Positions 55,667-64,000 of a stretch of 64,000 bases of DNA are shown piece after piece (position 1 is the stretch's first letter; each line of letters starts with the position of its first letter). The stretch spans positions 15,119 through 79,118 of the forward strand of contig ADNK01003018.1 of assembly GCA_000320545.1 (NCBI GenBank), in the 5' to 3' direction. The stretch is from Bigelowiella natans CCMP2755. Lineage: Eukaryota; Protista; Cercozoa. The notes beneath the pieces were generated by a model, which saw only the letters and a program-made list of their open reading frames with translations, did not search any database and was not told the DNA's origin. The position numbers were made by a program, and so were the translations under genes.

Positions 55667-56719
55667 GTGTGCGTGTGTCAATCATAGCGGAGAAAATCTT
55701 CTATGACATGTTATTTACTTCTCTTCCATCATCTCTTCCTCTTCCCTTTATTTACTACCATAGATACAAGAATATCTAAGTTTCAAATATCGTGAAGAGC
55801 TATGCGAATTCGGAGGGACTGACACTTTAGAACAGTATTCTTCTTACCACTTTTAACCATCACTGACGACGCAATCGCTCTAACCCTCCTCCTATTTTTG
55901 AATAATGTGCTGCAGAATTCTGTCATCGTTATCTGAGCCTTTGAAGGAAGACTTACTTACTGCACAAGCAAACCAAGCTTTCCCACGAAGAAAGAGGAGA
56001 AGCAGAAGTTCCAGTCAAGGCGACAACAATAATAATTCCAACAACAACAACAACAACAACAACAACACCAGCAACACTAAGAGCTACAAGAATGGAGTCT
56101 CAACCAACACTAATTTATTGTTCAATATACTTGGCGATGAGTATCGGTTCAAAGGATTGATTTGCGCAAGAATGAGATGTATGTGTTTTGCTGGGGGAGA
56201 TGTTATTCATTCCTCCATACCAAGCCTGAATCCCATAGGAAATAGTATAGGCTATGTTGCTCGAGGAAATGTCTTATGGAAATCACCTACTCACGCAACG
56301 ATACTATCACGGGGTTATATATCATCTAACATGTAGTATCCTATGTATGTTAATGAAGTGGCAGCCATCACAATCCTACATCTAATTCATCAATTGTCGC
56401 CTTGTCCTTGTTTATAGCAGAAATATTGATGATAATGGTAGATGCTTATCTTGGTTAGAACTGCGAGAAAATCATCATCGCGCAGCCGTCTAACTCAAAT
56501 ATATTCTCCTGAGATTCTTATTCATTCTCACCATCTACATGATGATGATGATGATCATTATTACCATTAGGGGACTCATTTGGCGAGATATCTGGGCTGT
56601 TGGGAGTAGATTCTGGGGTCTTGAGCGTTGTTGCAGAAACTAACGCAACCCTGTTTGTAGTTGCAGCAAGTGACCTCAAGCGGGTAGATAGATATGTGGT
56701 TCATTTGCATAGTTTTGTG

Positions 56720-56762
<43 letters not shown>

Positions 56763-57298
56763 TGTACTGCTACAATTTGTGTGGAAGATAGACAGCACCA
56801 TATTTGCAAGGAAAAAATAGGTGACAGATGAGTAATATCATATTTTTTTCCAGATTCTTTCCGACTGGAAAGTGGTTGAGGTAGTAGTAGTGATGTGATA
56901 TGTGTCATCACTTATGTGCTAATGTATGTAGTAGCAAATAATAAGGAGTTTTCATTTTTTGATTCGTTGTTACTCCTCCTCCTCCTCCTTCTCTCATTAT
57001 CCGAAATGAACTACTACCACCTACTTACTTACAACAGGAGCCACTGCTACAGCTCCTCACAGAAAGAGAACAGAGACACGTCCCTGATTATATTATGCAC
57101 AGTGATCAAGACCTTGTTAAGCTCAGCTCTCAAATCCAGAAAAACATTGGTGTTTACAAAGATAATACAAGCGTTGTGTGCGACGATGAGAAGGATACGA
57201 AGAATGACGTAGCGATCGACGACACTGTTGAAAATGATGTAAATCATCTCAAAAGTCGTAGCATAGATGAAGCTATTGGTCAGGATACAAGCAGATAG
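52685..57298 (+). CDS. Voltage-gated K+ channel of the CNG/KCNH (cyclic-nucleotide-binding domain) superfamily, multi-exon; start uncertain
   Basis: FIIDIFLNFITTY...IAIEYSKYWFIIDFVSALP (S2-S3), RALKLLKIVKLLRILKLER (S4), HWLGCLF (S5), YLTCIYWAMTTMSTIGYGDITP with filter TIGYGD at 55086-55103, FAYGLTNL (S6), C-linker, and GDSFGE (CNBD, ~56571). Confidence 0.92.
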
Positions 57299-57421
57299 CG
57301 TGAGGTAGATGAGGCAGAATTGACTATAATAAATTAAATGAGTCTTCCAAAGTCTAGCTCGGTGTGTAGTACTAGAAGAATAATTCCTAGTAGCATAGCA
57401 CCTCCTAAATATAAGAAGGCG

Positions 57422-57456
<35 letters not shown>

Positions 57457-57479
57457 CACTACTATTTATTTCAATGGGC

Positions 57480-58450
57480 GGATTGCAGCGGAGTAAGTAG
57501 GCCATAGAAGCATGTTGTACAGCAGCTACATACAGTTGGTTGTAAGTAGTACACAATAAACGCAGTGTGCCCGTTGATGATGTCGTCACATAGATGTTGC
57601 TGCTGGTCGTTGAAATCATGCCTTGTATTGCCATGCCCTAACTAGACTTTGCCCACATCTAGACATACTAGCATAGCCGTAGCTAGGTAGATGCAACAAC
57701 CTCAAGCTCTGACTAGCTGTGTGCCTGCATGTGCAGATCGATCATTCTGTCGGTTGCGTTGAAATTGTTTCACTTCCTAACAACAATGGTCAACTAGCCG
57801 CATTCACATGCGTCAACGTGCTTGTCTTGTTGTGAAAAATTGGTGTCGTAGCTTCTCACATCTCGCGCTGACCCCACTGCTTAGACTGATGTCATCTAGC
57901 TAGCTAGACGTCTCTAGCTAGCGCTCACGCACGCTAGCACGTACCAATCTGGCAATTCCAAAATTGTGAGCAATTTGACACAGCATCAGCCACGCACGTC
58001 TGCACGTTTCACAATGCGCATTGTTGTTCCATCGTGAACAACGTGTTCTGGCGTTCCAGTCTGGCAGTGTTGCGGACAAACACCAACGAACACTGGAACG
58101 TGACACTTTGCTGGCTGCACAGCTCCAGACTGGCTGCAGAGCTGCGTGCGTGCACAGTGCGTGCAAGCCAACCTGTCTTGCTTGTTCAGCTGTTGTCATG
58201 TCTGCATCAGGCCGCCAATTTCATCACGAACGATGTGGGTGGGATGTTCTGCTAGGAATGGCGCACTTCGAACTCATTGTCAATGAAACAATGAAACAAC
58301 AATGATGAACCACACTTCCAAAATGTTGCAAGACACTTGCAGTGTGCGAAACGCAGCCTAGCAGTGCCTCGAATGAACCAGCATTGTCACCTTCACATGG
58401 CGTGTGAGGACACTTCAACGTCGTCTGTGTTGCTCACCTGTTGAGGTTAG
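57480..58450. other. Palindrome-rich intergenic block F downstream of the channel gene
   Basis: catctagctagctagacgtctctagctagcgctcacgcacgctagcacgtac (57893-57944), gcgtgcgtgcacagtgcgtgca; no microsatellites. Confidence 0.7.
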
Positions 58451-58899
58451 AATCCTATGTAAATTATGCTGGAAATGGCCTGCATTTTGTTAAATGTGCA
58501 CAATTATCGTCAAAAATGCACGGATTTTGATGGCAATCGTTCATGCGACACATCTAGCCGTTGAAGAAAGTGCAGATATTGATGGAGTTTCTGTTGAACG
58601 ACATGATAATTTCCTCCTTTTATTGAAAAAACAGCTTATTTTCAAAGTTCGAAATTCACTTCCACTGCCCCCACCTGGGAGACATGTCCACCGGTGCTGT
58701 TTTGTTCTGTTGTCCCCCCTCCTTCTTGCGGTGAATCTATGCACATGTCTGTACAGATACACATATCTAATAAATACGCTAAGAGGAAAAACCGATGATT
58801 ATGCATGCTTTCTTACTTAGACGAGCCGAAGCAAGTTAGTAGGCTAAGACCAGGGAGGAAGAAGAACATGAAGAAGAAGAGGCTTTATGCAGAACACAG

Positions 58900-58998
58900 A
58901 ATGCGACGAGGAGGTTTTCTTTCTAAATATACAGAAAATGTGTTGTTGATAATGCGACGAGGAGGTTTTCTTTCTAAACATACAGAAATTGTGTTGAT
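58900..58998 (+). repeat. ~51-bp tandem duplication upstream of the MAP3K-like gene
   Basis: aatgcgacgaggaggttttctttctaaa(t/c)atacagaaa..gtgttg twice. Confidence 0.85.
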
Positions 58999-59022
58999 CA
59001 AATGCCAATTATACCATTGTAG

Positions 59023-59069
<47 letters not shown>

Positions 59070-59246
59070 ATCTCTTTCTGGCCGCCCGACAACAAATTCT
59101 TCAATGAGGATAACCGATGTTCTCAACCCCCCATTAGATTTTTTAATGTATACTAAGTACACCGGCTACCACCACCATCATGTGTAGTATTACAATCGCC
59201 GTAGTAGTAATCAATTTCATTGCTGTGATCATCAGGAAATTCTTCA

Positions 59247-59647
59247 GTGTATGATCTATTCAAGCAACATCCTACCCCATCCCCCATGCTCGACCACAGC
59301 CTAAACGGTAGCAATAGCAGTCTGAATACAAGAAAAAGCAAATGCCCCAGCATTGACCTGTACCAGCCAATCTACGAGCACACAGAGGGAGAGCATGATA
59401 ATGACCAAGAAAACATGCTGCCGGGAAAAAGCAATATAGGTCTCTGCTGTTCGTAGTTGTATAAATGTTGTATATATGGAGAAGATGACGTAGCGGATTG
59501 ATAGTAGATGTGTGAGCTAAATTCTTGAAAAGGCATTTCCTATTCACATTCACTCTCTCTTACTATTGATACCCTTTTTTTTAAAGTCTTTCCCATCTCT
59601 TATTTTTTGGCCATGAACACCTGTATCAATATATGTGTGTATAAGTA

Positions 59648-59683
<36 letters not shown>

Positions 59684-60249
59684 ACATTAAAGCTGTTGCA
59701 TGTTTCCATCAATAACTGACGTAGATTCATCGAGATCATACTCATCCTCTCATAAGAAAATCCCACAAACATCTGTACAAACGCCACGATTCTATCGTCG
59801 CACCCACCACCCTGTGCTTAAGAAAAGGTATACTCCTTTTTTAGCTTTTTCCTCTTAATTGTTGCTTCATCAAAATTCATTGATTGATTGATTCATTGGA
59901 TGATTCACTGCCTTTTCGCGTCGTAGTAGCATAATATTACATGATGATACGTGAAGATAAATTCAAAATATAATGTGAGGGAAAGTCAGTTTCACCCCAA
60001 AATATAGCAGTAGCAAGCATCATCCAATAATACACTAGTACTACTATGTTACCTGATCATTCGAGGTGAAATCATCATGAGTCATCTTTTTAAATCAAAA
60101 CTCTCTCCATTTGGTATCAACCTTTCCAGAAGCAACTTTGCCTATATGCTTATATTTCGGTTTAATAATAATAATAGCAATAATATGTCGTGGTTTCGAT
60201 ACAAATGCCCACAGAAGTTCTTATTACCGGCTGCCATAATTGCTTTGTT

Positions 60250-60284
<35 letters not shown>

Positions 60285-60485
60285 CCTGAAATATCAGCTA
60301 CTCTCTACGTTCAATAGCGAGCACGAAATCGGATAACTTGGACAATATCACCACCACCCCAATCACATCTTCACCATCCTCCCCCTTGGAGAAGGCCAGA
60401 CTACTTGGCCATCATCATCATCATCATCATCGTCACATGCTCTCTGGAGAAAGCACCGCAGACTCCTCTCTCATTTCTTTTCCCC

Positions 60486-60516
<31 letters not shown>

Positions 60517-60896
60517 CCTCAACAACATTGAATCTCCTTCAAAATCAATTCTAATGACTTCTGCAAGAGCAACCCTTGGCGTGTACAGCCCGTCTGATGA
60601 CGACGAGAAGAAGACAGAAAGCTCTTTCACAAGGAGTAGATTCGGTGCGGGTTGACTACAATGATGAAACATAAATGCTGCCTTTAGGCGTGTATGTATT
60701 ATTTTATGGCAATGTGTGCTTACCCTTTATTCTTCTTTCCTTAACACTCCACAGGCTCTAGTTTTAAGCAGCAGGGGCAGCAGCAACATCGTGATAGCGA
60801 AAAGCACGCAGTACCAGCATCTACAATACCAGCAGCAGCACTATGTAAAGAGAAAACAACAGCTGCTCGTAGTGGTGGTGTTTCTACTACTCCTTG

Positions 60897-60928
<32 letters not shown>

Positions 60929-61005
60929 CTTCTTCTATAAGCACCAACAAGCCTCCCTCTTTCGCCCGTTTCAAGAAACCTCTAGGGAGGGGAGCAAACG
61001 GGAGG

Positions 61006-61038
<33 letters not shown>

Positions 61039-61291
61039 ACAGGTAGGAGAAGTAACCAGTAGCAGTAAGGGTAGAAGAAATACCTAGGATTGCTAGAATC
61101 GTCATTCAAATGGCAGCCTCATTACTATTACTGTATTTTATGCTCTCCTTCTTTGAGTGTTAGTGTGTATGGGTGGGTGTGTCTACTGAGAGGAAAGGAT
61201 GGGGATGATAGCAGCAAGAATAGCAGAGGATTTAACTTTACAACACGAAAAAACATGCGGAGCAGCAGCGGCATGTGTCTCACTTTGTTGC

Positions 61292-61350
<59 letters not shown>

Positions 61351-61800
61351 TGTGCATGTGCGTGGCAAAACCTTCGTTATAGGTGTACAAGGCCCTCGAC
61401 AAAACATCTGGAAAATTCATGGCTATTAAGCAAATACCGTGTAAAAGGGAGGATGACTTCAAGGTATTTACCTGCTACTGATGTTCGTCCACATACGATC
61501 ATCATCATCATCATCATCATCACAATAACAATATTGAATACCATAAACAAAGAGCATCTTACGGGAAATAAATGTCATGAAACGCCTGAACCACAAGAAT
61601 ATCATCAAATTTCTTGGCTACAAAAAACGGTAATTGATGGAAAAAATAATAGTCAAGATATGGGCAACGACTACTACTACTACTACAACTACCCTACCTA
61701 CTACCACCTAATCGGTAGTCGTCGCACATACATACCATTTTCAATCAATACATGAAAAAGAAGGAAATTAGTCAAGTTGATATGACTAAATTGTTTGCAT

Positions 61801-61841
<41 letters not shown>

Positions 61842-62239
61842 TATATATACCAGAAAAGAAGACATTCAAATCTTCATGGATCTTGTTGCGGGTGGGCAGT
61901 CGATAAGCTCGGTGCGGATATGATATGATATGCACAAACATACACACACACACGCATAATATAACAAGAAAAAGAATGATGGATAGTCGTGGAAGTACTG
62001 AGTAGGTGTAACGATGATGCACGATTATGGGCTAATTAGTTGTAGAAATGACGTGTTGTTGTCAGACTCGGAATATAGGATTTGTATGTGGTATTGAAAT
62101 AGGAGGAGTAGTACTTACAAAGCATAATGAGGAGAGTAGTAGAAGTAGTAGTAGTGAGTCATCATGATAGTATTTTCTGCCTTCCATCATCATCTATTCC
62201 CTTTTGTCAAGAATAATGGCGAGGAGGAAGTAGTATTTA

Positions 62240-62287
<48 letters not shown>

Positions 62288-62835
62288 TCATCATCCTCTT
62301 GTTGCGTATGAGCGATTAAGGATAATTGATATATTCAGATATCCAAGGAATTAAAGGGAATACCAGAGGAAGCAACAAGTAACTAACACCAGAATGTACT
62401 AGTAGTAGAATTGCAGTAGACGCTTTTACCTCCTCCTCCTCCTCCTCCTCCTTATTTTGTGGATGCATGGATGATGGATGATGGATATATTGTTGTTGTT
62501 CAAGTCTGATAATAATAGTATACAACACATGTGCTTGATTGATTGATTGATTGATTGGTGAACAACGCCGTATTTATTTGTTAATGCAAAATGATACTAC
62601 TACAATTGTTCAGGAAGATACGTTAAGCAAATTGTCCAGGCCCTTGCTTACTGCCATCGTCAAAGTGTGTGATGATCAAGATAAACAACAACAACAACAA
62701 CAACAAGATCCTACTAATTCGAAAAGAGAAAAACATATGATGAATATTTCCTGACCTTCCTCATGTATTTGTTTGATTATTTGCCTTCTTCACTAGATAT
62801 TATCCACCGTGATCTAAAAGGACAGGTAATACATG

Positions 62836-62910
<75 letters not shown>

Positions 62911-63174
62911 GCTACGACAAAAGATTTATGTTTGAGGAATGATCAATAAAATGATTTTGACTATCTATTTGGTGAGTGCTCCAAGAGAGAGAGAGAGAAT
63001 CAAAGGATGAGGTTACATCAAATGGAAAGTTCCTGATAAATTAATGACATGATTCTTTCCTCTTCTCCCTTCCTCCCATCATCACCTTAGAATATTCTCG
63101 TAACGTGTGAAGGGGTGGTAAAGCTATGCGACTTTGGCTCGGCTAAGAAGCACAATGGTGTTACTCATTAGTAA

Positions 63175-63205
<31 letters not shown>

Positions 63206-63361
63206 TATTGTTGTTATTGTTGTTGCTGCTGTTATCAGTGATAATGGTGGTGGTGTGGTGGTGATATCAGAGCAGATTCTGGCCCACTGTATCATCATCA
63301 TCATCATCACCATCACCATCATCATCATCATCGTGGGGTGATATTTTGGATGTTGCGACTG

Positions 63362-63398
<37 letters not shown>

Positions 63399-64000
63399 CG
63401 AAGCCCTTGATGCGAACTATGCCAAAACCGTGTCGTTTCATCATACGCAACTGTGGACTGCTCCTGAGGTAGTAGTAGTAGTAGCAGTACCATGATGATG
63501 ATGATGAAGATAATGAGGAAGTAGCTAGTGATATAACTACTTCTCATCCTCCCCTTCCTCTCACTTTCTCTCTTTCTCTCTTTCTCCCCCCCCCCCCCTC
63601 TCTCTCTCTTGTTGATATCCCGTGTGTGTTCTTAGATTATCTTGGACAAAAGTGAGGAGGAGGAAGTTACCTACACGTCTACAGTCGATACGTGGAGCTT
63701 AGGATGCACCGTTATAGAAGCGATCACTGGTGCTGCCTTGTAAACGACGATTTGTGTGTTGCGTATAATTATTAAGGGATTATGTGCCGTCGTTTATTAT
63801 CGATCTACCAGTACCAGCTTTCACCTCCTCCTCCTCCTCCCTCACCTCCTCCTCATCCTCCTCCTCTTGGTATTCTTCTAACACAGGGAGAGTACCTTGG
63901 GATGAGCAGTTATGTGGTGGTGGTGGGGGTGGTGGTGGGGGGGCTCAAGATGCAGCCTCTGGGCCCGGTATTAATGATGATTATTATGAAAATGATCACC
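59247..64000 (+). CDS. STE11/MAP3K-like Ser/Thr kinase, multi-exon, 3' end beyond the window; start uncertain
   Basis: RFKKPLGRGANGR (~60966), VYKALDKTSGKFMAIKQI (~61383), IIHRDLKGQ (~62798), NILVTCEGVVKLCDFGSAK (63091), LWTAPE (~63451), DTWSLGCTVIEAITG (~63687), PW (~63895). Confidence 0.88.

Noticed and set aside
8900-58450. Palindromic blocks as a transposon family
   Set aside because: No terminal repeats, target-site duplications, transposase/RT ORFs or long inter-block homology were visible; ancient TE origin cannot be fully excluded without alignment.
1-64000. Numerous poly-S/L/V/Y/C/H and YIYI/CVCV ORFs in the six-frame track
   Set aside because: They are translations of intronic microsatellites, not genes.

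Overview
Eukaryotic nuclear DNA, probably from a protist or alga (taxon cannot be fixed from sequence alone). It is AT-rich, with intron-rich genes whose introns are packed with di- and trinucleotide microsatellites, so most entries in the ORF track are repeat artefacts. Manual GT-AG exon assembly supports 11 protein genes: an NHL-repeat protein (+), an AMPK/MARK-like kinase (-), SDHAF2 (+), a 1102-aa secretory-pathway protein fusing three glycosyltransferase domains (GT25-like + NodZ/GT23-like + GT15) (-), an unknown protein (+), a TMEM97/EXPERA protein (-), a CmcJ/NvfI-like oxygenase (+), a membrane RING E3 ligase (+), a C2/PDZ protein (-), a CNG/KCNH-type K+ channel (+) and a partial MAP3K-like kinase (+). 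A U6 snRNA gene is also present. Main observations: (1) genes largely alternate strand, with short head-to-head spacers; (2) each of the six complete plus-strand protein genes is followed at its 3' end by a 0.3-1.1 kb microsatellite-free block rich in CTAG/GCATGC/TGCA palindromes; (3) the three-domain glycosyltransferase; (4) a DDRIFRHEP peptide shared, with only synonymous changes, by two otherwise unlike genes. All family calls come from motif recognition, not database searches.
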